64,000 nt of DNA from Thermoplasmatota archaeon. Its GTDB lineage: Archaea; Thermoplasmatota; Thermoplasmata; Thermoplasmatales; Thermoplasmataceae. The stretch is taken from positions 372-64,371 of the forward strand of contig JAMCUH010000050.1 of assembly GCA_023379435.1 (NCBI GenBank), given 5' to 3'. Shown here in pieces: positions 16,561 to 29,703 of the stretch (within the stretch, counting starts at the first letter, position 1; every line of letters begins with the position of its first letter). A program made the translations under genes and the position numbers. The notes beneath the pieces were generated by a model, which had not been told where the DNA came from, searched no databases, and saw only the letters and a list, made by a program, of their open reading frames with translations.

Positions 16561-19500
16561 AAGAGATAGTTGACGCGTTTTTTAGATCGGAAAGTGTTGT
16601 AAGTCACCAGCTTGAGTCCATGAACAATTTTCTCGCCTCCAAGGAGAATCCAAACAGCGTCATGCAGGCCATAGTTGATGAAACCAAAGTCACTGATGAT
16701 GACAAACCTGGAGTTATACAGCTCGATCCCACGAAAACCGGTGGCAGGGAAATCAAGATCTATTTTGGTAGGGTAAGGGACGATGGAAAGAGATTCGAGG
16801 AATCTACCATCTGGGTTGAAAAGCCAGAGATAAAGGAGGCTTCAGGCGCATCCAATCAGATCACACCAAACGAGGCAAGGCTCAGGGACCTCAATTACAT
16901 GGCGCCGATCATGTTAAGACTCAGGGTTTTCGAAGACGGCGTTGAAAAGGAAAACGAGACGATAAAGATCGGTGATATGCCCATCATGGTCAAATCCAAG
17001 GCATGCACACTCCATGAATCTAATCTGGATTCCTACATAGAGAAAAACAACGGAAGGGTTGATGATTCAAGGAAGGAGAAGCTTCAGTTTGTGGGCGAGG
17101 ATCCTGATGATCCGGGAGGATACTTCATCATAAGCGGCTCGGAAAGAGTCATTGTATCGCTGGAGGATCTTGCACCCAACAAGATCCTGGTTGAGTTCGA
17201 GGAAAAGTATGACAGTAAGGTAGAGGTTGCCAAGGTATTCTCGCAGAAAGGCGGCTTCAGGGCCCTCACAGCCATGGAGAAGAGCACTGACGGCATGATC
17301 AATGTATCCATACCTTCTGTTGCGGGAACTATACCCCTTGTTATACTTATGAAGGCGCTGGGCCTCGAGAAGGATAAGGAGATACATGATTCAATCGTTT
17401 CCGCACCTGAAATGGAATCAATCGTATATGCAAACCTGGAGGAGTCCAGGAATCCCAAGATTCTCCCTCCCAACGGTGTAAACTCAGTGGAGGATGCCAT
17501 TTCCTGGCTTGAAAAAAGGTTTGCCGCAGGACAAGCCAAGGAGTTCAGGGAAAAGAAGGTCTCACAGATGCTCGACAAGTCACTTCTTCCCCATCTTGGA
17601 GATACGCCGGAGGACAGGCTCACAAAAGCCGTATATCTTGGAAGGATGGCAAAGTCCCTTCTGGAACTTCACATTGGCATAAGGAAGGAAGATGACAAGG
17701 ACCATCTTGCAAACAAGAGAATGAAACTCACCGGTGATCTGCTGGATGAGCTTTTCAGGAATGCCTTCCAGAGCGTCATGAAGGATCTGAAATACCAGCT
17801 TGAAAGAACCTACAACAAGAAGAAGGGCATAAGAATCAAGCCTGCGGTGAGGCAGGATCTTTTGACGCAAAAGATACTCCACGCCATGGCTACCGGCAAC
17901 TGGAATGGTGGCAGGACTGGTATCTCACAGCTTCTTGACAGGGTGTCAAACGTCAGCACCATAAGCCACCTCAGGAGGATCATCTCTCCTCTTACAAGAT
18001 CTCAGCCGCATTTTGAGGCAAGGGATCTCCATCCAACACAGTGGGGCAGGATATGTCCCAATGAAACACCAGAGGGACAGAATTGCGGCCTCGTCAAAAA
18101 CGCAGCCCTTCTCATAAACGTAACAAAAGGTGTTGACTCATCTGATGTTCTGGAATTCCTCAGAACCAAGGGACTTGTGGAAGAGCCTTCCATAGGCGGA
18201 GAAATGGGAAGGGTGTACATCAACGGAGATTATGTGGGTTATGTTGTGGATCCGGAAGGAATTGCAAGGGCAGTTAGAATTGAGAGGAGATCCGCAAAGA
18301 TCTCAGACGAGGTTAACGTGAAATATGACTCGTCAACAAAGGAAGTTACCATAAATTGCGACAGGGGAAGACTGAGAAGGTGCCTTTTAACCGTTGAGGA
18401 TGGTAATACGCTTGTGAGCCGGGAGGACCTGGACGAACTGAGCCGCGGAGAGATAGGCATAAAGGATCTCGTTGCAAGGGGACTCGTAGAATGGGTGGAT
18501 GCAGAGGAAGAGGAGAATCTTCTCGTAGCAGTATACGCATACGATTTCCCTGAACGGTGCCCCCACTGCAGCAGCTACCTCTACAGATCAAAGATCGACT
18601 GGATGAATCCTGGTGATCTCAGCAACCCCGATAAGATAATTCTAAGATGCAATTTCTGCGGAAATACCTTTGAGGGGAAGAAACTTCTCAGGAAGGAGCA
18701 CACTCATCTGGAGATCGATCCTTCCCTCATACTGGGAGTGGTCGCTTCCGTTACCCCGTATCCAGAACATAACTCATCACCAAGAATCACCATGGCTGCC
18801 GCCATGACCAAGCAGTCCATAGGTCTTTCATCATCAAACTTCAGAATAAGAAGTGACACGAGGGGCCATGTGCTGCACTATCCCCAGGTCCCCCTGGTGA
18901 AAACAAAGGTCATGGATTATATAAAATATGACAGAAAACCTGCCGGTCAGAATTTCGTCGTTGCAGTTCTCTCTTACGAGGGCTACAACATCCAGGATGC
19001 CATAATATTCAATAAGGCATCAGTGGAGAGAGGATTGGGAAGAAGTTCGTTCTTCAGAACCTACACAGCCGAGGAGAGAAGATATCCAGGAGGTCAGGAG
19101 GACAGATTCGAGATACCCACACATGATGTTCTCGGAGCAAGGGCCGAGGAATACTACAAGAACCTTGATGAAACTGGCATAATATCCCCAGAATCATATG
19201 TTGGTGGGTCCGATGTGCTGGTGGGAAGAACTTCTCCGCCAAGGTTCCTGGAGGAGGGCGGAGAAAGGCTTGGCCCACAGAGGAGGAAGGAGTCTTCCAT
19301 AACAATGAGGCCAAACGAGACCGGCTGCGTTGACAACGTTATACTCACTGTTTCGGAAAGCAACAGCCGTGTTGTGAAGATCAAGGTGAGAAGCGAAAGG
19401 ATTCCAGAGCTGGGAGACAAGTTTGCCTCAAGACACGGCCAGAAAGGTGTCATTGGAGCGGTTGTACCCCAGGAAGATATGCCCTTCACAGAGGAGGGTG

Positions 19501-20152
19501 TCATACCTGACATTATAATCAATCCACATGCCATCCCATCAAGAATGACCGTTGGTCATATCCTTGAGATGATTGGAGGAAAGGTTGCTTCTTTGAACGG
19601 TGAAATCATCGACGGGACCATATTCAGCGGAGAACCTGAGAAGAGTCTTAGGCTGGAACTTCAGAAGTACGGATTCAGAGACAACAGCACCGAATACATG
19701 TATGACGGAATTTTGGGCACAAAATACAAGGTCGATATCTTCATAGGGGTGATATACTACCAAAAACTGCATCACATGGTTGCAGGAAAGTTCCATGCAA
19801 GGTCCAGAGGGCCCGTTCAGATCCTCACAAGACAGCCAACAGAGGGGAGGTCAAGACAGGGAGGGCTCAGGTTCGGTGAAATGGAAAGGGATACACTCAT
19901 AGCCCATGGAGCTGCAATGGTCATAAAGGACAGGCTTCTTGACCAAAGTGACGGCACCATTCTCTATGTTTGCGGAAACCCAAGCTGCGGTCATCTTGCC
20001 ATATTTGACAGGAGGAAGGGAACCCTCAGATGCCCCGTATGTGGTAATACCGGGAATATACACCCCATCGAAACAAGTTACGCATTTAAACTGATGAGGG
20101 ATGAGCTTGCCACGATGGGTGTAATGATGAGACTTGTACTGGGTGATTTGAA

Positions 20153-20156
<4 letters not shown>
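16557..20156 (+). CDS. rpoB: DNA-directed RNA polymerase subunit B (Rpo2), unsplit
   Basis: Conserved blocks include [56 protein letters not shown] and the C-terminal zinc site CGNPSCGH...CPVCGN. The 1,199 aa sit in one ORF, with an ATGA overlap with rpoH. Confidence 0.97.
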
Positions 20157-24357
<4,201 letters not shown>

Positions 24358-24371
24358 GTGGTTGACTGGAA

Positions 24372-24800
24372 ATGAAAGACACAATAATTGACAATAAAAT
24401 TTTAGGCTACATGCAGATTTTTCAGAAAGTTACCAGGGTGGATGTGAAGGAGTGTCTCGAGAATGAGGACATGATACTGTTCATTGTGAGGGAGCATGCC
24501 ATGGCGGAGATCTTCAAGAACAACCCTGACTGTGTTTCTTCCATAAGGGAGAAAACAAACAAGCACATACTAATTGCAGAAACGTCAAAGGATCTCCTGA
24601 ACTATGTAAGGAACATCTTCTTCCGTTTTGGCGTCAGGGAGATAAACATATCCTGGAAGGATGGCCAGACAAATATTCAGGTTGGGGTGGAGGCTATGGA
24701 GATTGGAAAGGCCATTGGAAAGGAGGGGCGAAATGTGAAGCTCTTCAAGGAGGCAGTTTCACGGAGCTTCAACATACACTCACTGGTAATCAAGCAGTGA
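24372..24800 (+). CDS. nusA: Archaeal NusA-like transcription termination/antitermination factor (two KH domains)
   Basis: The 142-aa protein sits immediately after rpoA2. The KH GxxG motif is in GKAIGKEGRNVKLFKEAV. Confidence 0.85.
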   Translation: MKDTIIDNKILGYMQIFQKVTRVDVKECLENEDMILFIVREHAMAEIFKNNPDCVSSIREKTNKHILIAETSKDLLNYVRNIFFRFGVREINISWKDGQTNIQVGVEAMEIGKAIGKEGRNVKLFKEAVSRSFNIHSLVIKQ

Positions 24801-25049
24801 GTAGTCTGTGAATTATTCCAGCACATGGCAAATTCATCAGGTAGTAAACACATCATATCGACTGCCCCTTATTTTGAAGCTTTCATTTAGGTTACAGCGT
24901 TCGTGGAAATACGAAGGAAAAAACATTATTCCGCAGATTAAAGTGATGAATTTCCATATTGAATCTGGGATATTGCTCACCAGCTTTTTCCGGCGATATT
25001 TCAATATTTCACAAAATCTTAATATGGTGTGGTGAAATGCTGAATTTCA

Positions 25050-25382
25050 ATGAATAGAGACCAGGGTCACGAAGGTGATCAGGATGCTGCTGTTAGAACC
25101 ATACTTCCAAATAAGAAGAAGGGAGAGATGTTCGGCGTTGTGGAAAAACTCTCAGGAGCCTCAAGACTTCTTGTGATGTGCGAGGATGGTTTCACAAGAA
25201 ATGCAAGAATTCCTGGTAAAATGAAGAAAAGAATGTGGATACGTGAAGGTGACCTTGTCATAGTAAAGCCGTGGGATTTTCAGAAGGAAAAGGCAGATGT
25301 TGAATACCGATACACACAGACACAGGCCAGCTATCTTAGCAGAAACAATCTGCTGCCTGAAATAATAGATATATTCAAATGA
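25050..25382 (+). CDS. eif1a: Translation initiation factor aIF-1A
   Basis: The S1-like OB core is GEMFGVVEKLSGASRLLVMCEDGFTRNARIPGKMKKRMWIREGDLVIVKPWDFQ..KADVEYRY, typical of eIF1A. Confidence 0.9.
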   Translation: MNRDQGHEGDQDAAVRTILPNKKKGEMFGVVEKLSGASRLLVMCEDGFTRNARIPGKMKKRMWIREGDLVIVKPWDFQKEKADVEYRYTQTQASYLSRNNLLPEIIDIFK

Positions 25383-26137
25383 TCAGAGATGGGGAAGTTT
25401 CCGCCCTGAAGAAATTGCTTGAAAGTGGTGAATATTCACCTTCTCAGAAGATGACAAGAAAGACAGAATCATCCGTTTTCGACAGAAGAACTGTTGAGGC
25501 ACTTTATGAGACAATGACAAAATTTTCCATAAACTATATCGATTTTCCCATATCTTCAGGAAAGGAGTCTGTTGTATTCAAGGCTTATTCCAGTAAGAAA
25601 CCACTTGCTGTGAAGGTGTTCAAGACATCCACGCTGAAATTCTCAAATCTTTCCATGTACATCAACGGGGATTACAGGTTTGCAAAGGAAAGGAAGAGCA
25701 GGGCAAACATGGTCCTCCTGTGGACAAGGAAGGAATTCGTCAATCTCAATGCATGCCATGATGCTGGTGCCTGGGTTCCGGAACCGTTTGGATTTCACAA
25801 GAATATCCTGGTGATGCAGTATCTTGGAACGAGAGCAAAACCATCCCCGTCACTGAGAAAGGTTAAAACGCCTGAGATCTATTTTGAAGATATAATACAC
25901 AACATGAGAAAGGTCTATCATGATGCGGGCATAGTGCACGCTGACCTCAGTGAATTCAACATACTTATTTACAGGAGAAAGCCATACTTCATCGATATGG
26001 GGCAGTCTGTATCCCAGGATCATCCTTCGTCAAAGGAATTTCTGGCCAGGGATATCAGGAACATGTGCAGTTTCTTTTCAAGGAACGGTTTTAACATCAG
26101 TGAGGAGGAACTCCTCAGGGAGGTAACCAATGGATGA
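25379..26137 (+). CDS. rio1: RIO-type serine/threonine protein kinase (Rio1)
   Basis: Motifs are ISSGKESVVFKA (P-loop), AVKVFK, the catalytic VHADLSEFNILI and the metal-binding IDMGQSV. The gene is overlap-coupled to aIF-1A and to the downstream KH gene, a cluster conserved in archaea. Confidence 0.85.
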   Translation: MIRDGEVSALKKLLESGEYSPSQKMTRKTESSVFDRRTVEALYETMTKFSINYIDFPISSGKESVVFKAYSSKKPLAVKVFKTSTLKFSNLSMYINGDYRFAKERKSRANMVLLWTRKEFVNLNACHDAGAWVPEPFGFHKNILVMQYLGTRAKPSPSLRKVKTPEIYFEDIIHNMRKVYHDAGIVHADLSEFNILIYRRKPYFIDMGQSVSQDHPSSKEFLARDIRNMCSFFSRNGFNISEEELLREVTNG

Positions 26138-26687
26138 GACCGCAATTGCAACGCTGAAGGTGCCGAGGGAAAGGATTGGCGCAATCATAGGAAAGGGTGG
26201 AGAAACAAAGAGGAGGCTTGAGGACCTTGGCCTGTCTGATCTCAGGATAGACAGTTCCACCGGTGAGGTAACAGTGATACAGAGGAATGATCCCATCAGA
26301 TCAAGACAGGTGGTATCAGTGATTCAGGCAATAAGCAGGGGATTTTCTCCAGAAAGGGCAATATCTCTTCTGAATGATGATTTCTTCCTTCATGTCATAT
26401 CACTGAAGGATTATGCTAAGCCCGGAAGCAGGCGTATGAACGAAATAAGGGCAAGGATCATTGGTAGCTCCGGAAAGACCCGGAGAATAATAGAAGACCT
26501 GACTGACACATACATATCCGTCTACGGAGATACCGTTTCCATAATAGGCGACTACGTGTCTCTGGAATACTCAGTGAGAGCCGTTTCCATGATACTCGGC
26601 GGAAGGAAGCACAGAACTGTCTATCAGTATCTGGAGAAATCCTCAAGGGAACTCAAATTCAGGAAGATAGAGGAGGGGTTCAAATAG
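26130..26687 (+). CDS. KH-domain RNA-binding protein (Dim2/Pno1-like)
   Basis: Two KH GxxG motifs are present: IGAIIGKGGETKRRLE and ARIIGSSGKTRRIIE. It sits downstream of Rio1, as in other archaea. Confidence 0.75.
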   Translation: MDETAIATLKVPRERIGAIIGKGGETKRRLEDLGLSDLRIDSSTGEVTVIQRNDPIRSRQVVSVIQAISRGFSPERAISLLNDDFFLHVISLKDYAKPGSRRMNEIRARIIGSSGKTRRIIEDLTDTYISVYGDTVSIIGDYVSLEYSVRAVSMILGGRKHRTVYQYLEKSSRELKFRKIEEGFK

Positions 26688-26709
26688 TTCATATACAGGG
26701 CATAAAACA

Positions 26710-26937
26710 TCAGATATCCATCTTTCCCATGCTGTAAATAATCAACCCAAAGCCTATGAAATCCAGTGTTACGGATAGCCAGCTGCTTATCTGGTGGTTC
26801 CCGATCTCTGCGCTTATGGTTGGAAACAGTGTGTAATAGAGAAATGTTAGTATTGAGATCATAAGAAGAGCGATGCCTGTGAAGAACATGCCCATCTCCT
26901 TCCTGTTCTCCCTGAGCAGCCTCCTGAATGTTCCCAT
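26710..26937 (-). CDS. Small two-helix membrane protein, last gene of the Rieske/cytochrome b operon
   Basis: I use the internal ATG at 26937 of track ORF 26710..27111. From MGTFRRLLRENRKEMGMFFTGIALLMISILTFLYY...LSVTLDFIGFGLIIYSMG the sequence is membrane-protein-like. The upstream part of the track ORF is a low-complexity out-of-frame read-through of the neighbouring gene. Confidence 0.45.
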   Translation of the reverse strand: MGTFRRLLRENRKEMGMFFTGIALLMISILTFLYYTLFPTISAEIGNHQISSWLSVTLDFIGFGLIIYSMGKMDI

Positions 26938-26950
26938 GAAACTCTTATCC

Positions 26951-27292
26951 TCAGGCAGGGCCAACCACCCCCAGGAGAACGTATGCGAATATATAGAGCA
27001 GTAATGGAAACATCCATGTCCTGGTTGCGATCTTCTTGCCGGCCTTTCTGGCATCCATGAAGGAATACAGCATGAAGAAAAGTGATACAGTAACGATGAT
27101 AATGGAAGCATAGAAAAGATCGTTCAGGTAGTCATAGTAATTGCCGAAGACAGGCGAGACCATTACTGACGGGTTTTCATGGTAAAGATCAGCTATGGGC
27201 TTTATTATGAGTCCGTACAGTATCAGGGGAATGGAGCCTATCATGTATATGATCATGGATGTGTAATATTTTTGAAGTGCACCGAATTTCAT
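26951..27292 (-). CDS. Small membrane protein (about 3 helices), Rieske/cytochrome b operon member
   Basis: The 113-aa hydrophobic protein has an ATG that overlaps the upstream stop as ATGA. Confidence 0.5.
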   Translation of the reverse strand: MKFGALQKYYTSMIIYMIGSIPLILYGLIIKPIADLYHENPSVMVSPVFGNYYDYLNDLFYASIIIVTVSLFFMLYSFMDARKAGKKIATRTWMFPLLLYIFAYVLLGVVGPA

Positions 27293-27480
27293 TTCCTGAA
27301 CGCCTCCGAAGTCCTTATGAACATCAGTATAAGTATGGACAAGAGTATGAGCTCAACGAACAGCATGACCGCCCATATTGTTTCGTAACCGTTGGGGGCA
27401 AGGACAGCATAATACCACATGAGCACGGCCAGTATGAGTTGAACCAGTATGATTGGATATGCTACATTTTCAGTTTTCAT
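27289..27480 (-). CDS. Small two-helix membrane protein, Rieske/cytochrome b operon member
   Basis: I chose the ATG at 27480 (MKTENVAYPIILVQLILAVLMWYY...). It overlaps the cytochrome b stop codon region (ATGAAAACTGA). The track start at 27501 would overlap cytochrome b by 32 nt. Confidence 0.45.
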   Translation of the reverse strand: MKTENVAYPIILVQLILAVLMWYYAVLAPNGYETIWAVMLFVELILLSILILMFIRTSEAFRK

Positions 27481-28684
27481 CTTTGAAATCCCTCTTTGCA
27501 AACCTCATAGCGTAAACAGTTACCACAGAAACAAACGTCATTCCCCACCACATGGCCATGGTCAGTATCCTGGTCTGTGTAAGTCCGGGCTGCGAGTATC
27601 CCCAGAGTGCCATTATGGGAAGGGCAATGAGGAAAAACACGCCGAATACAGTGATCATGGGCCTTTCAAGAGCACCTTTCCCCCTGTATCGGTCGATGAA
27701 TGGAATGAAGAGAAGTGCCAGAAGAAAGTATATCACCAGTGGGACTCCCCCAGTGGTCAGACCATAGCCAGCAAGATCCATAAGCTTGTAGACTGGCATT
27801 ATGTACCAGTCAGGAAACGGTGTAAGGTGGTATTCCAGTGTTCCATATGCTGCAGGGAGCACCTGCATGAAGAACGCTGAAAATATCAAAATTATTGCTA
27901 TGAAAACTATGGATGTGAAAACCATATAGGCAAGGTTGTATGGATACCACCTCACATACTTCTCTTCCGCCTGCGCATTCGCAGCACCCTTTGCATCATT
28001 CTCTCCGAGTTTGTAAGGGCCTGATTTCTCGAAGAGGAAGAAATGAACCATTGCAACAATGACAATGAGACCACCCACAAGGGCAACATGAAGTGCAAGC
28101 AAATGGCCAACAGTTGAAGGTATTGAACCATCGCCAATCAGAACAGCAATGAGCCAGTTGGACAGGGCAGGAAGCAGCCTTCCGATGACGCTCCTTTCTA
28201 TGAGAAGTTCCATAACATGCAGTGCTGAAACACCAATATAACTCAAAGAAAGCAGATAGCCAAGAATGGCCTCGACGTACACCAGAAGAAACAGGAGGAC
28301 TCCAAGGAGCCACTGGAGCCATCTGAATTTTCCCTTATACGCTCCAACGAAATAGTTCCTGAACATGTGAAAGTATAGGAGAACAATCATGGCATATGCC
28401 ATGAAAAGATGAGATGTGAGGATCAGATGGCCAAGATAAACGTTGTTTATTATGCTCAGAGTGGAATTATACGGGTTGCCCTGCTCAAAATAGTAGAAAA
28501 GAAGGATACCGGAAAAACCCAGATACAGGAGAGAGGCAAGAAGGAACGAACCTGTCCAGTAATCGATCCTGAATTCTTTCTTTGTAACCGCACGTATGGA
28601 AACTGTGTATGATCCCGGTGGAGCCGGCTCTTCCTTCATTATGTCGGTGAGTGTATAGTTATTTTTTTCTTCAATGTCTGACAT
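27470..28684 (-). CDS. Cytochrome b (fused b6 + subunit-IV-like) of a Rieske/cyt b complex
   Basis: The helix B heme ligands are H-x13-H in SHLFMAYAMIVLLYFH. The helix D ligands are H-x14-H in HVALVGGLIVIVAMVH. The Qo-site motif is PDWY in FPDWYIMPVY. The 404-aa protein is polytopic. Confidence 0.85.
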   Translation of the reverse strand: MSDIEEKNNYTLTDIMKEEPAPPGSYTVSIRAVTKKEFRIDYWTGSFLLASLLYLGFSGILLFYYFEQGNPYNSTLSIINNVYLGHLILTSHLFMAYAMIVLLYFHMFRNYFVGAYKGKFRWLQWLLGVLLFLLVYVEAILGYLLSLSYIGVSALHVMELLIERSVIGRLLPALSNWLIAVLIGDGSIPSTVGHLLALHVALVGGLIVIVAMVHFFLFEKSGPYKLGENDAKGAANAQAEEKYVRWYPYNLAYMVFTSIVFIAIILIFSAFFMQVLPAAYGTLEYHLTPFPDWYIMPVYKLMDLAGYGLTTGGVPLVIYFLLALLFIPFIDRYRGKGALERPMITVFGVFFLIALPIMALWGYSQPGLTQTRILTMAMWWGMTFVSVVTVYAMRFAKRDFKDEN

Positions 28685-28693
28685 AAAATAACC

Positions 28694-29572
28694 TCAGTAA
28701 TAATTCCCGGGCCAGGGCCCATTGCTGCTGGATACGATGGTAGCCCTGTAGATATTGTTGGTCACATCGTATAACGGTAGAGGTGTTCCCCCGGAAAGGT
28801 CCTCTTCCTCTACTTCTGATCCGTAAGTTTCACCGTTGGGTTGCCAGAGATGACCTCTGATCACGGCGTTGACAGGATTCATTCCCACAGCATAGATGTG
28901 CCCTTCACTGTCAGTTTCCAGCAGAACCTGTGGAAGCGAGTGATTTGCAGGGCTTGGTGCCGGGCCACTGTTGTAAAGATTATGCGGTCCTCTGGTGGGA
29001 TCGTACTGGCTCCCATGGCACTTGCAGTAAAGAAGGCCATAAGTTGGCCAGTTGGAGCTGTTGTAGCCTATAAGCTGAGCCTCAAATGGAATATTCTTCG
29101 CAGGATTGTAGCTCACAAGAGGCACGACACAGCCTAGATGCTGGCAGATTCCGCTGTATGCCGTAATATCACCATTTGGACCGACACCTCCCGGAATCTT
29201 TATACCTCTCAATCTTACAAGGATGTTTGGCTCGTCCTGAAGCGGATAGTTGAATACCATTATTGGATAGGATGAGGTGTCTGTGTTGGCATAGGGGATC
29301 TGGGATACAGTGATGGGGGTTCCTGACGTGTCCGTGAGAATAGCCTTTGGATATGAGGACATCACAGGCTTGTTCCTCGTTGTTGGCACAAAAAACCTTT
29401 CAGCGGATAGGGACCCAAGGGAAAGAGCACCAATGGAAAGACCCAAAAGTTTCAAAAATTTCCTTTTTTCCTGGTTCGGAACTTCATTATCCTTATCGGT
29501 CATTATTAAGTCCCGGAAAAATAATATAATGGAATAAAAAGCTTTCACCTGATTTTTTAGGTTTTCCGACAT
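28694..29572 (-). CDS. Rieske [2Fe-2S] protein
   Basis: The cluster boxes are CQHLGC and CKCHGSQYD. The Tat-like signal is EKRKFLKLLGLSIGALSLGSLSA, a K-R variant of the twin arginine. An alternative start at M24 (29503) would place the Tat motif closer to the N-terminus. Confidence 0.9.
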   Translation of the reverse strand: MSENLKNQVKAFYSIILFFRDLIMTDKDNEVPNQEKRKFLKLLGLSIGALSLGSLSAERFFVPTTRNKPVMSSYPKAILTDTSGTPITVSQIPYANTDTSSYPIMVFNYPLQDEPNILVRLRGIKIPGGVGPNGDITAYSGICQHLGCVVPLVSYNPAKNIPFEAQLIGYNSSNWPTYGLLYCKCHGSQYDPTRGPHNLYNSGPAPSPANHSLPQVLLETDSEGHIYAVGMNPVNAVIRGHLWQPNGETYGSEVEEEDLSGGTPLPLYDVTNNIYRATIVSSSNGPWPGNYY

Positions 29573-29594
29573 ATTAAAAGAAACATGGGCTGGG

Positions 29595-29607
29595 AATTTT
29601 TATATGA
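29595..29607. promoter_or_regulatory. Near-palindromic TATA element between divergent Rieske operon and initiator tRNA
   Basis: AATTTTTATATGA is centred about 28 nt from tRNA position 1 (29629) and about 29 nt from the Rieske ATG (29572). It lies in a spacer of only 56 nt. Confidence 0.35.
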
Positions 29608-29628
29608 TTCACTGCAATGTGGAGTTGA

Positions 29629-29703
29629 AGCGGGGTAGGGTAGTCTGGAAATCCCGACGGGCTCATAACCCGTAGATCAATGGTTCAAATCCATTCCCCG
29701 CTA
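29629..29703 (+). tRNA. Initiator tRNA-Met (anticodon CAU)
   Basis: A hand-folded cloverleaf works. The acceptor is AGCGGGG/CCCCGCT, giving an A1:U72 pair. The anticodon stem is ACGGG/CCCGT, with three consecutive G:C pairs next to loop CTCATAA. The T arm is AATGG-TTCAAAT-CCATT and the discriminator is A. A1:U72 plus the GGG/CCC stem are archaeal initiator identity features. Confidence 0.93.

Noticed and set aside
18534-18695. An intein as the explanation for the extra segments in RpoB (and for the N-terminal extension of RpoA'').
   Set aside because: The insert is only about 55 aa. It lacks the Cys/Ser/Thr at the N-junction, the His-Asn plus Cys/Ser/Thr at the C-junction and the intein blocks A/B/F/G. 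The A'' extension is terminal, not an insertion.
24808-25035. A 75-aa GTG-initiated ORF in the 249-nt nusA/aIF-1A spacer. I also considered a possible C/D-box sRNA (GTGATGA near 24942, CTGA near 25040).
   Set aside because: The ORF translation has no protein-like features and starts at GTG with no ribosome-binding site. The C-like and D-like boxes are about 95 nt apart, and there are no C'/D' boxes or terminal stem, so this is not a credible C/D sRNA.
26710-27111. Track ORFs 26710..27111 and 26951..27292 overlap by 161 nt in different frames. This suggested a frameshifted or pseudogenised single membrane-protein gene.
   Set aside because: Only the C-terminal 75 aa of the 133-aa ORF look protein-like (from MGTFRR at 26937). 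The N-terminal part (…CCIPSWMPERPARRSQPGHGCFHYCS…) reads like an out-of-frame translation of the neighbouring gene. Two separate small genes with a 13-nt gap explain the data without invoking a frameshift. Resequencing would settle it.
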